From a virus (taxonomy: Duplodnaviria; Heunggongvirae; Uroviricota; Caudoviricetes), in IMG/VR virus record IMGVR_UViG_644736364_000003: 46,137 nucleotides of DNA. One strand, 5' to 3'. Positions 1-8,517 of the stretch are shown piece after piece (the stretch's first letter is position 1; every line of letters starts with the position of its first letter). The position numbers were made by a program, and so were the translations under genes. The notes under the pieces were generated by a model. It saw nothing but the letters and a program-made list of their open reading frames with translations. It was not told the DNA's origin and did not search any database.

Positions 1-1164
1 TTACGCCTTCTTTATATCCTCCATAATTCCACAGTGGGACATATTTGGGACATTATCACCAAAAATGTCGTCTATTTTCCTTGCATGCTCTGTCAAATGA
101 TTAGGCGCAAGGTGAGCATACCTACGAACCATTTCTATGGACTCCCATCCGCCCATTTCCTGAAGCACAGATAATGGGACGCCTGACTGGATCAGCCAGC
201 TTGCCCAGGTGTGTCTGAGGTCATGGAAACGGAAATCTTCAATTCCTGCACGACGACAAGCTGATAGCCATGATGTCTTGCTGTCGATGCGCATCTTCCT
301 GACCGCAGGCGTTGATGTTCCATCTGCTCGCTTAGCCGCCTTGGTATGTACAAACACCCATTTGTGATGCTTGCCTATTTGATCACGCAACACTTTACAG
401 GCGGTATCGTTCAGCGCCACACCAATGGCGCGGTTTGATTTGCTCTCTTCTGGATTCACCCAGGCAACTCGTCGCTGCATGTCGATTTGTTGCCATTCCA
501 GATTTATGATGTTCGACTTTCTCAGACCAGTTGCCAGCGCAAACTTGACGACAGATTTCAGTGGTTCGGGGCACTCATCAATAAGGCGTTTTGCTTCCTC
601 CTTTTCCAGCCATCTGACTCGCTTGTTTCTGACCGCTGGTATCTTGATGACAGGCGCTTTTTCCAGCCACTTCCAGTCGCGTTCTGCAGCACGGAGAATG
701 GCCTTTATCATGGCAAGATGCTTTGCCTTTGTCTGAGTTGATACTGGCTTTGGTTCATAAACAGGCGGTTCTTTACCTTTCCTGATGGCGGCCTGAACTT
801 TCTGTTTCCATATTTCTTTCGTCTTTCTGTTATGCATTCTGCTTACAGCAGAGTAAATCTTTGCCTCCGAGATATCTTTAAGCCTTATACCCTCAAAATG
901 TTCAAGCCAGAACTCAATCCGGCTTTTATCTGAATCGAGAGATTTTTTATCAGCTTTTTCCTCAAGCCATCTTAGGCAGGCCTCTTCAAAAGTGACATCA
1001 GGTAAATCCCCTAGCTTTTCTACTCGCCAGAGTTCTGCTTTTCGCTTGTCGTGCAACTCCTGAGCTTGCCGCTTGTCCTTTGTGCCAAGAGATTCCTTAA
1101 TTCGTTTCCCGCCCGGGAGCGAATACGAGGCATACCATATTTCATTTCTGCGGAAGAGTGACAT
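1..1164 (-). CDS. int: Tyrosine site-specific integrase (lambda/P22 family)
   Basis: 387 aa; C-terminal catalytic region [11 protein letters not shown]...[19 protein letters not shown] typical of phage tyrosine recombinases; N-terminus resembles P22-type Int as recalled. Confidence 0.9.
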   Translation of the reverse strand: MSLFRRNEIWYASYSLPGGKRIKESLGTKDKRQAQELHDKRKAELWRVEKLGDLPDVTFEEACLRWLEEKADKKSLDSDKSRIEFWLEHFEGIRLKDISEAKIYSAVSRMHNRKTKEIWKQKVQAAIRKGKEPPVYEPKPVSTQTKAKHLAMIKAILRAAERDWKWLEKAPVIKIPAVRNKRVRWLEKEEAKRLIDECPEPLKSVVKFALATGLRKSNIINLEWQQIDMQRRVAWVNPEESKSNRAIGVALNDTACKVLRDQIGKHHKWVFVHTKAAKRADGTSTPAVRKMRIDSKTSWLSACRRAGIEDFRFHDLRHTWASWLIQSGVPLSVLQEMGGWESIEMVRRYAHLAPNHLTEHARKIDDIFGDNVPNMSHCGIMEDIKKA

Positions 1165-1391
1165 TTTCTTTCCTCTGTTATGCCATCACCCGCGCTCACC
1201 TGGACAGTATGCAGCGGAGACTGAAGCGCCGCAATGCAAGCTTGCCGTGTTGTGAGGTAAGGAGATTTTGGCTTGGTTGGATCTTTACGTGTTGCCTGTA
1301 GGCGGCCTGTTCGTATCCAGTTGGTGGCGGTTGGTCTGGATATCTTAAGAAACTGACAGGCCTCATCGAGTGTGAGGCTGTATGGCTCCAT
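1020..1391 (-). CDS. xis: Excisionase-like HTH protein (AlpA/Xis family)
   Basis: Start [31 protein letters not shown] with GAGGTG RBS; sits directly upstream of int; 3' end overlaps int by about 145 nt. Confidence 0.6.
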   Translation of the reverse strand: MEPYSLTLDEACQFLKISRPTATNWIRTGRLQATRKDPTKPKSPYLTTRQACIAALQSPLHTVQVSAGDGITEERKCHSSAEMKYGMPRIRSRAGNELRNLLAQRTSGKLRSCTTSEKQNSGE

Positions 1392-1696
1392 TATTTCACC
1401 TCTTGCTGTGTCATTGTTGAAAAATGGATACCAGCTCGTTGCTGCCAGACGATCCAACCGAGAGTCATATCCCATGCCATGTATTCGTTATCGCCGTTTT
1501 TTACTCTCCGACGATCTACTAAGTCACCGAAACGCTTTTCCATGAATAATTCATAGGCTTCGCGTTCATCTGGCTCTACTTCCAGAGATACGAGTGCGAT
1601 TTCATAAGCACGGCGCTCAATATCGTCTCGAACCTCTAGGCTGCTGATTCGTTCTTTGATTTCTTTAATCAGTTCTTTATTGGTAAATGTGGTCAT
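1391..1696 (-). CDS. Hypothetical early protein (YfdT-like by position and length)
   Basis: 101-aa ORF in leftward early operon, tightly packed with neighbours. Confidence 0.5.
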   Translation of the reverse strand: MTTFTNKELIKEIKERISSLEVRDDIERRAYEIALVSLEVEPDEREAYELFMEKRFGDLVDRRRVKNGDNEYMAWDMTLGWIVWQQRAGIHFSTMTQQEVK

Positions 1697-2058
1697 TATG
1701 CTCCAGCCTCCGGTGCTTTTGGCATTACTGCCCAGTGAGTGATATTGACGTTTTCAAGGTCCCCGACCTGAAATGTCCACTGCCATTCTCCGGTTTCTTT
1801 TTGTCCCCAGGTGTACCAGAGAGAACGCCAGCCAATCAGCCAGCCTTCTCCATTAGCATCAAATAACAGAACACTTTCATTTGCTGGTGGCAGTTCAGCT
1901 GACACTGGTATTATTTTGTTTTCCAGTGCCGCACATTTAGCTTCAAGCGCGTCGAATTTACGTACCAGGTACTCAGCATTTGTTTCGTTCACTTTCAGAT
2001 CTCGCGGTACACATTTCCCGCGAAGAAACCCTTCCATTTCGAAAACATTCATGCGCAT
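1696..2058 (-). CDS. Hypothetical early protein, DUF551-like C-terminus (YfdS-like)
   Basis: 120 aa; Trp-rich C-terminal motif GWLIGWRSLWYTWGQ...WQWTF; operon context. Confidence 0.5.
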   Translation of the reverse strand: MRMNVFEMEGFLRGKCVPRDLKVNETNAEYLVRKFDALEAKCAALENKIIPVSAELPPANESVLLFDANGEGWLIGWRSLWYTWGQKETGEWQWTFQVGDLENVNITHWAVMPKAPEAGA

Positions 2059-2585
2059 TTGCGTAACTCCGATAAATCGTTAAAACGTTCCATAAACATC
2101 CCGTAGGCATGACCCGGTGCCAGTGGAATCACGTTGAACATCTCTGTTGCCGGGATGCCTTCCAGTACAGGCCAGAAAGAGCCATCATCAAGCCCGAGAT
2201 CGCGGCGTTCGGTTGCCAGCATGATGAGATCGGCATATTTCACGGGTGTACTCATAACTGGGGGTAACCCGTATTTCTCACGGATTACGGCGTCTATTTT
2301 TTCTTCCATCCGTTTATAGTCAGGAAGAAGGCGTTTCAGTGGTGCGGGAATGTCCTGGCAATACGCTTCTGTTGCATCATGCATTAACGCTTCAAAAGCA
2401 AATTCCTGCGGCACCAGCTGGCTGCAAAGAACCGCATGTTGGGCGACGCTGTAGAAGTGCGAAAGATGACCGGCAAAGCGACAGATATTTGAAAGGGAAA
2501 CCGCGATATCGTTAATATCGATGTCGTCTTTATTTATCTTGTCATAATAAAAATGCTTCCCGGAAAAAGTTTTAATAAATGACAT
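2049..2585 (-). CDS. yfdR: HD-domain 5'-deoxynucleotidase-like protein (YfdR-like)
   Basis: 178 aa from MSFIKTF with GGAGAA RBS; His/Asp-containing motifs (HLSHFYSVAQHAV, ALMHDATE) consistent with HD phosphohydrolase. Confidence 0.6.
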   Translation of the reverse strand: MSFIKTFSGKHFYYDKINKDDIDINDIAVSLSNICRFAGHLSHFYSVAQHAVLCSQLVPQEFAFEALMHDATEAYCQDIPAPLKRLLPDYKRMEEKIDAVIREKYGLPPVMSTPVKYADLIMLATERRDLGLDDGSFWPVLEGIPATEMFNVIPLAPGHAYGMFMERFNDLSELRKCA

Positions 2586-2712
2586 TTTGTTCTCCACGTA
2601 TATGCACTGCACCGCGCTGAATTCTGGTAAAAGGAAGCCCTCACCATCCGGTGATTATTGAGTTAATTACGTTTCCATAAATGCCCCCGCAGGGGCATTT
2701 GCAGTAATGAAA

Positions 2713-3537
2713 TCAGGCGGTGAAAGTACCAATAAAGGTTTCTACTTTGCTGTCCTTGAATTTCTCAACAAGCAGATCACGAAATTCGTTAGCCATTTCC
2801 TCCTGCACTGCTTCCAGCTGAATAATGCGCAGAACCAGTACAGGACGATCGCCAGTGAGAATGCTGAGGCGTAATTTAAACGGACGTTCTTTCAGGCCTT
2901 CAAACGGAACGCATTTAAATTCAAATGCCACTGGCATAATGTCTTTGGTTTTCGCTTCGACAGACTCCATCAGGGAGCGTTTGCCGCTGAAGTCATTGTC
3001 TTCAAAATCAGCGGTCTGGTTTGCTTCAATCGTGATTTTACGGACTGCCGCAGCTGCTTTTGTTGCCTGAATAGCGTCACCATTAGCATCAAAGCCCACA
3101 AGGTAGTCGGCCCAGTCTTCAATCCATTCTGCCAGTGACTTCTGGGAGTTACGCTCGCCATTAACAGACAACAGAGCAGAGAACGGTGCTGTCTTTTTCA
3201 GTTTGAGAGTGGCGGTGTTATCTGCGTGACCTGGTTCATCAATAGTACCCAGATTAAGCACACTGACAGCACGCATATTATCAGCATCGATAAAGCAGCG
3301 GGTGCCTTCATCTGCAAGATCTTTAGAATAACGGGTAAAGTCATCGATGCTGGCAGTGGAAAGCGCACCACGGAAACGGAAGCGATTTAAATTAAATTTT
3401 TCCAGATCATGAATGCGGAAATTCTCAGGCAATGCCACAGCATCGGCACCAATCTTACTGATAATTTCATTAACACCCTGAGCAGAAATAAGGGCATGGA
3501 TTTGATTAATTGCGGTTGCGTCTAAGTTCTGAGACAT
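2713..3537 (-). CDS. yfdQ: YfdQ-like phage protein (DUF2303 family)
   Basis: 274 aa ORF with GAGGA RBS; length and position match the CPS-53 yfdQ homologue as recalled. Confidence 0.5.
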   Translation of the reverse strand: MSQNLDATAINQIHALISAQGVNEIISKIGADAVALPENFRIHDLEKFNLNRFRFRGALSTASIDDFTRYSKDLADEGTRCFIDADNMRAVSVLNLGTIDEPGHADNTATLKLKKTAPFSALLSVNGERNSQKSLAEWIEDWADYLVGFDANGDAIQATKAAAAVRKITIEANQTADFEDNDFSGKRSLMESVEAKTKDIMPVAFEFKCVPFEGLKERPFKLRLSILTGDRPVLVLRIIQLEAVQEEMANEFRDLLVEKFKDSKVETFIGTFTA

Positions 3538-3602
3538 AATAAGTCCTCACTATATAAAGATATTCAGTGATGAGATAAATAATCAGTTTATTAAAAACGA
3601 TA

Positions 3603-3965
3603 TTAACGACCAGCTGCGCGGAGTTTTCCGTCAGGTTCACCGGCAAGAGTCAGTAATTGTCCCTGGTCTTCCTGCAGAATAGTCAGGCGACCACCGCGAT
3701 TGACATACATCGGCGTTTCGGTGGTGTCTTCTTCGGAAATTTTCCCGCGGTTAGTTGGGCGAACATATGAGAGTTTGTGTTTGATTTTCACACGGTTCTC
3801 ATCAAACGGTTCGATTTCCAGATTGAGTGAGACCTTCCCTTTGGTTTTCGTGTTCATCACACCGGAAGCGACTTCACTTAGAACTGCGCCGATTTTTGTT
3901 TCAAATACGCCGCCGTCCAGCTCCCCGATAAATGCCTGCACATCAGTACTGCGTTCACTAGCCAT
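3603..3965 (-). CDS. Hypothetical early protein (YfdP-like); first gene of leftward operon
   Basis: 120 aa from internal Met MASERSTDVQ with AGGAG RBS; the longer track ORF 3603..4151 lacks an RBS at its start. Confidence 0.5.
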   Translation of the reverse strand: MASERSTDVQAFIGELDGGVFETKIGAVLSEVASGVMNTKTKGKVSLNLEIEPFDENRVKIKHKLSYVRPTNRGKISEEDTTETPMYVNRGGRLTILQEDQGQLLTLAGEPDGKLRAAGR

Positions 3966-4611
3966 TTTGCTGCTCCTCATCATATCGACCCTGCAATGTC
4001 GGTTAGTTTCTCCACAAAACAGAGAAGAACACCTGCGGTGGTAGCCGCCCGGATGGATTGGGTTATGAGCCCGTCGTCCGATGATGTTCTTCTCTGTTTT
4101 GTAAAAAGAGCGGTACCAGCCGGAAGCAAGTGTACAAACTGGTACCGCCAAAGCAGTGGCTGTTGTGGTGACCGGTGCTGATCTCCGGCTTGCGGTTATT
4201 TCAGACTCTCACGGGCATTTAATTGCCCCGCCGAACAGCTCTTTTCCGCAATAGCTGCAATGTCTTTCGCGCATCAGCCTGCGCATTCACCACAACGCTG
4301 AGAGCACTTAGCCAGTTACGGCACCACACTTTGTCGCGGTTCCATAAATGCCCTCATCGTTGCACCCTGGTCTCTTCCCAGGCGTCAAACCGAATCGCCA
4401 CGCTGGTTAGGCGTCTTATCAGCATCCTCATTGACTTGCACATTCCGGCTATCTGGTTTGTTTGCCCGAGCAAGGAGTGGATTGTCCCCTTTAACGTCCC
4501 CAGACCGCTAACGACGCATGTGCCATACGCCGTGTTACAACCAAATTTTGTTAGTACCTTGTTTGTAGGTCTGGAGAGAAAGATAAAATGAAGTTGCGCA
4601 TTATGCAAGTG

Positions 4612-4634
4612 TTTTATTGCGAGATAAGCAATTT
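4612..4634. promoter_or_regulatory. Putative left operator (OL-like) repressor-binding site
   Basis: Motif TTTATTGCGAGATAAGCAAT nearly identical to a motif in the cI-cro intergenic region. Confidence 0.35.
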
Positions 4635-4687
4635 GGTGGGTAATGAAAAGCCACCTTCTGGTGGCTAATTGATGTTGAGGTAGGGGG

Positions 4688-5380
4688 TTAATTGTGTCGC
4701 TTAAGGGTCTGTGACTGACTGATTAAGACCTTTCCAAAGACCATAAACCGGTGTTCGTTTTCGCTGGTAATTCCCCATTCGCGGTAAATCTGATTATCAG
4801 AAATTACCAGCAGTTTATCAGGTATCATTTGCAGTCGTTTGACGTAAATTTTATCATCAAAACCAAATACATATATACCATCCCCATCAAACTGATTGAT
4901 ACTGATATCAACGAAGATGAGATCTCCTGGCTCAATGGTTGGACACATACTGTCCCCACGAACGTTGATAACTTTAATGTGATTTGCTGGTCGTCCACCA
5001 AACATCGATACAGCATTATCAGTTCTGTATTCAATGGCATGAATCACATCAATGACATCACCGCCCTGGATAAGGCCATTTCCCGCACTGGCACTGACAT
5101 CCAGCATTTCAATACGGAATACATCCTTCACCTGCGTAACATCCTCACTAATACTGTTTTTACATACAGTATTACTTTTGAGGTCTGAGGTAAAGAGATC
5201 AGCAATATCAACACCTAAGCTCCTGGCAATATTACTCAGGGCTTGTTCAGTGAATTGTTTCTGCTTACCTGTTTCGAGGCGCGAGATATTCGCCGCATCC
5301 ACTCCTATTGCTTCAGCGAGATCGGCGATTTTCATGTTCTTCGCCTGGCGAAGTTGTCTGACTCGATTTCCTATGTTCAT
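4688..5380 (-). CDS. cI: Prophage repressor, HTH-XRE plus S24 (LexA-like) peptidase domain
   Basis: 230 aa; N-terminal HTH (IADLAEAIGVDAANISRLETG), Ala-Gly cleavage site (ASAGNG), GDSM serine motif and downstream Lys (YVKRL). Confidence 0.85.
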   Translation of the reverse strand: MNIGNRVRQLRQAKNMKIADLAEAIGVDAANISRLETGKQKQFTEQALSNIARSLGVDIADLFTSDLKSNTVCKNSISEDVTQVKDVFRIEMLDVSASAGNGLIQGGDVIDVIHAIEYRTDNAVSMFGGRPANHIKVINVRGDSMCPTIEPGDLIFVDISINQFDGDGIYVFGFDDKIYVKRLQMIPDKLLVISDNQIYREWGITSENEHRFMVFGKVLISQSQTLKRHN

Positions 5381-5394
5381 GCGTTTATTACATT

Positions 5395-5450
5395 TCTTTA
5401 TTGCGCGTTAAGCAAATCAACTTGCGCAAAATATTTGCGTGAAATAATAT
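5395..5450. promoter_or_regulatory. Putative right operator/promoter region (OR; divergent cI and cro promoters)
   Basis: Repeated TTGCG/CGCAA inverted-repeat motifs (TTTATTGCGCGTTAAGCAAAT; CGCAAAATATTTGCG) in the 97-bp cI-cro spacer. Confidence 0.4.
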
Positions 5451-5477
5451 GCTCATCACGCAATATGTGGAGGTTAT

Positions 5478-5738
5478 ATGCAATCACCATTACGGAATGT
5501 GCGTAAGGCGCACGGATTTACTTTGCAGCATGTTGCTGCGGGCGTTCAGGTCAATCCAGCGACGCTGAGTCGTATTGAAAGACTGGAACAAATTCCATCT
5601 ATCGATCTTGCAGAACGTCTGGCCAATTTTTTTAAGGGTGAAATCAGCGAAATGCAGATTCTTTATCCGGCACGTTTTCAATCTAGCCAAAACCAGAATG
5701 GGTTTAAACCACAGGAACAGGAGGTAAGCCGTGGGTAA
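5478..5738 (+). CDS. cro: Cro-like HTH regulator
   Basis: 86 aa; HTH (FTLQHVAAGVQVNPATLSRIE); GGAGG RBS; divergent from cI. Confidence 0.7.
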   Translation: MQSPLRNVRKAHGFTLQHVAAGVQVNPATLSRIERLEQIPSIDLAERLANFFKGEISEMQILYPARFQSSQNQNGFKPQEQEVSRG

Positions 5739-6288
5739 GCATCATTGGAAAGTGGAAAAACAACCTGAGTGGTACGTGAAAGCTGTCAGAAAAACTATCG
5801 CGGCATTGCCTGGGGGTTACGCTGAAGCTGCTGACTGGCTGGATGTAACAGAGAACGCTTTATTCAACCGCCTTCGTGCAGATGGCGATCAGATTTTCCC
5901 GCTGGGATGGGCAATGGTTTTACAGCGCGCGGCTGGCACTCACTACATTGCGGATGCTGTCGCACAATCTGCTGGTGGGGTGTTCGTATCGCTTCCTGAA
6001 ATTGAGGAAGTAGAGAACGCCGATATAAACCAGCGCCTGCTGGAAGTCATCGAACAGATCGGGAATTACTCAAGGCAGATTCGTTCGGCAATCGAAGATG
6101 GGGTCGTGGAGCCACACGAGCAGACAGCAATTAATGATGAGTTGTATCTGTCAATTTCGAAGCTCCAGGAGCATGCAGCACTGGTCTACAAAATCTTTTG
6201 CGCTCCAGAAAAGAGTGACGCCCGCGAGTGTGCAGCTCCGGGCGTCGTGGCGTCGATTGCTTCTGGTTGTGGAGAAACTAACGCATGA
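5731..6288 (+). CDS. CII-like / YdaT-family regulatory protein (putative)
   Basis: 185 aa, GTG start after AGGAGG; position immediately after cro; family assignment from memory only. Confidence 0.4.
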   Translation: MGKHHWKVEKQPEWYVKAVRKTIAALPGGYAEAADWLDVTENALFNRLRADGDQIFPLGWAMVLQRAAGTHYIADAVAQSAGGVFVSLPEIEEVENADINQRLLEVIEQIGNYSRQIRSAIEDGVVEPHEQTAINDELYLSISKLQEHAALVYKIFCAPEKSDARECAAPGVVASIASGCGETNA

Positions 6289-6613
6289 ACAGTTTAACGG
6301 CAAATAACCGTTTGTCGCAACAGCTGGTGGTCAGCGTCGCTGAACACCTGTTGTTACGGCATGAATGCAGATTACCAAATCACCTGGCTGTAAGTAACCA
6401 CAGAGAACTTTACCTGACTGTGGGGGGCGAGTTGTGCAGGAACTTAACCGCTGGTTTCGTGACGGAAGAGGACTTTATGTTCATGTTATTCGTTGGGAGC
6501 CAGAAACACAGCGCGTTATCTATCTTCGCAAAGACTACCAGCATGAGTGCTTTAGTCCTTTGTGGAAATTCAGGCGTGATTTTGTTGAGTGTGAAGGACC
6601 ACCAGCACATTGA
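6285..6613 (+). pseudogene. Small gene apparently frameshifted at a G6 homopolymer (about 6422-6427); intact form would be about 110 aa
   Basis: ATG overlaps upstream stop (ATGA coupling); frame 0 open to 6430, then a protein-like ORF continues in the mod-2 frame (VVQELNRWFRDGRGLYVHVIRWEPETQRVIYLRKDYQHECFSPLWKFRRDFVECEGPPAH) to a stop near 6613. Confidence 0.3.
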
Positions 6614-6721
6614 TTCTGCCATTCCGGGACGTTACACTGTTCAGGCACCTTATAAAGCGGGTGTCGGGATTGGCGTCCTGGAATTGCATACGGCGACAAT
6701 TGGCGCGTTAGCGTCTTTTTT
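6610..6721 (+). promoter_or_regulatory. Leader element copy 1: sigma70-like promoter (TTGATT-17-TACACT) followed by intrinsic terminator hairpin (GGCGC-GTTA-GCGTC-T6); candidate short RNA/attenuator
   Basis: Promoter-like hexamers with 17-nt spacer; hairpin plus T-tract about 75 nt downstream; same architecture conserved in copy 2. Confidence 0.35.
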
Positions 6722-6887
6722 GTTGCTACAACTCAGCTATACCCAAATTATGGTGGGCTGGGTGGGGGCACCGAAAGGTGCGCCGGTTTCCGTATGCGCC
6801 GGTTACGCCAACCCTGCTCAGTTCACCACCAGCGAAATTGGCGTTTCCGGTGGTGGAAGTTATCCATTGCATACGGAGGCTGCCATC

Positions 6888-7433
6888 ATGGCTACGATCC
6901 CAACCCTCACTCAACCTGAAATTGCCATCGTTGATGGTCAGGCTGTTACTTCATCCCTGGCTGTTGCCAACTTCTTCTCCAAACGTCATGACGATGTACT
7001 GAAAAAGATCCGCACGCTTGAATGTTCCGCATCATTCACTGCCCGCAATTTTTCGGTGAGTGATTACACCGATTGCACAGGCCGCAAACTACCTTGCTAT
7101 CAAATAACCCGCGACGGCTTTGCGTTTCTTGCTATGGGTTTCACGGGTAAACGTGCTGCCCAGTTCAAAGAGGCATACATCAATGCCTTTAACCAGATGG
7201 AGAAACAGCTTTCAAAGCCCGCTGTACCGAGCGACGTTGCACATAACGCCAGCGTTCTCTATTCCTACATTTCATCAATTCATCAGGTCTGGCTGCAGCA
7301 GCTTTATCCTATGTTGGCAAAAGCCGAATCTCCGCTGGCTGTTAGCTTGTATGACTATATTAATGATGCTTCGGCGCTGGCCTGCCTCATAAATTTGTCG
7401 CTGAATCCTTCAGAGGTAAGGGGGCGTAAATGA
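6888..7433 (+). CDS. Rha-like phage regulatory protein, copy 1
   Basis: 181 aa from MATIPTL with GGAGG RBS; N-terminal motif (VDGQAVTSSLAVANFF...ITRDGFAFLAMGFTGKRAAQFKEAYINAFNQME) typical of Rha/pRha family. Confidence 0.7.
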   Translation: MATIPTLTQPEIAIVDGQAVTSSLAVANFFSKRHDDVLKKIRTLECSASFTARNFSVSDYTDCTGRKLPCYQITRDGFAFLAMGFTGKRAAQFKEAYINAFNQMEKQLSKPAVPSDVAHNASVLYSYISSIHQVWLQQLYPMLAKAESPLAVSLYDYINDASALACLINLSLNPSEVRGRK

Positions 7434-7475
7434 TCCGGAATATTTTCAAACTGTTTACCAATCGCCACCAGCATA

Positions 7476-7587
7476 TTGATTCTGCAATTCCGGGACGTTA
7501 CACTGTTCAGGCACCTTATAAAGCGGGTGCCGGGATTGGCGTCCTGAAATTCGCACATGCGCATAACCGCGCTTCAGCGGTTTTTTT
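7476..7587 (+). promoter_or_regulatory. Leader element copy 2: promoter-like TTGATT-17-TACACT plus terminator hairpin (ACCGC-GCTTCA-GCGGT-T7)
   Basis: Same arrangement as copy 1; terminator stem differs in sequence but keeps pairing (compensatory changes). Confidence 0.35.
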
Positions 7588-7750
7588 GCGCACGTTTCCT
7601 CACATCCAAATTATGGTGGGGCGTGCAGGGGCATCGAAAGATGCGCCGGGGTCATGTGCGACCGGTTACGCCAACCCTGTACGTCTCACCACCTCTGTGA
7701 TTGGCGTCCCATGTGGTGAGTTTTCAAAATTCGCACATGAGGATGTCACT

Positions 7751-8296
7751 ATGGCAACCACCCCTACCCAAACTCACCCTAAAATTGATGTTATCCATGG
7801 GAAGGCTGTTACCTCTTCTTTGGCCGTTGCCGAATATTTCTGCAAGCAGCACAAAAACGTTATTCAAAAAATCCAGACGCTTGAGTGCTCTGTTGAATTC
7901 ACTGAGCTGAATTTTCAGCCCAGTGATTACACCGATTGCACAGGCCGCAAACTCCCTTGTTACCAAATCACCCGCGACGGTTTTGCGTTTCTTGCCATGG
8001 GCTTCACGGGGAAACGTGCTGCCCGGTTCAAAGAGGCATACATCAATGCCTTTAACCAGATGGAGAAACAGCTTTCAAATCCCTCTGTACTGAGCGACGT
8101 TGCACATAACGCCAGCGTTCTCTATTCCTACATTTCATCAATTCATCAGGTCTGGCTGCAGCAGCTTTATCCTATGTTGGCAAAAGCCGAATCTCCGCTG
8201 GCTGTTAGCTTGTATGACTATATTAATGATGCTTCGGCGCTGGCCTGCCTCATAAATTTGTCGCTGAATCCTTCAGAGGTAAGGGGGCGTAAATGA
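7751..8296 (+). CDS. Rha-like phage regulatory protein, copy 2
   Basis: 181 aa from MATTPTQ; paralogue of copy 1 with near-identical C-terminal half. Confidence 0.7.
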   Translation: MATTPTQTHPKIDVIHGKAVTSSLAVAEYFCKQHKNVIQKIQTLECSVEFTELNFQPSDYTDCTGRKLPCYQITRDGFAFLAMGFTGKRAARFKEAYINAFNQMEKQLSNPSVLSDVAHNASVLYSYISSIHQVWLQQLYPMLAKAESPLAVSLYDYINDASALACLINLSLNPSEVRGRK

Positions 8297-8517
8297 TCCG
8301 GAATATTTTCAAACGGTTTACCAATCATACTTTCCGTTGTCCTCGTCCGGGTCAGTGGTACACCACGCCTGCAGGGCATGTTCTACGTGTTAGCCTGGTT
8401 GACCGTGAATGTCAGAAGGTGATTTGTGAACCGCTGGGCCGTAATTACCGCATCAGTATGCCGCTTATAGCCTTTTGCTCCGGAAAAAACATGAAGCATC
8501 TCGGAGGTGCAGCATGA
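8293..8517 (+). CDS. Hypothetical small protein (74 aa)
   Basis: ORF MIRNIFKRFTNH...; stop overlaps next gene start (ATGA); its first 11 codons are duplicated at 7430. Confidence 0.4.
   Translation: MIRNIFKRFTNHTFRCPRPGQWYTTPAGHVLRVSLVDRECQKVICEPLGRNYRISMPLIAFCSGKNMKHLGGAA

Larger units (their letters stand above)
6590..8305 (+). repeat. Tandem duplication (two units of about 860 bp), each = leader + Rha-like gene + start of next gene
   Basis: 5' 600 bp of units diverged; 3' 300 bp (GATTACACCGATTGCACAGG ... ATGATCCGGAATATTTTCAAAC) nearly identical, suggesting gene conversion. Confidence 0.7.

Noticed and set aside
4223-4608. ORFs 4354..4608 (minus) and 4223..4591 (plus) as candidate N antiterminator
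   Set aside because: No RBS, a TTG start embedded in the putative operator, and a composition that is not Arg-rich or N-like; left unannotated.
6285-7433. Track ORF of 382 aa taken as one protein
   Set aside because: It fuses a coupled small gene, a non-coding leader with its own promoter and terminator, and the Rha-like gene, which has its own GGAGG RBS and ATG at 6888. The open frame across the leader is treated as coincidental.
7430-8296. Track ORF of 288 aa (MIRNIFKLFTN...) taken as one protein
   Set aside because: Its first 11 codons are a duplicated copy of the start of gene 8293..8517, followed by the leader copy 2; the real Rha-like gene starts at 7751.
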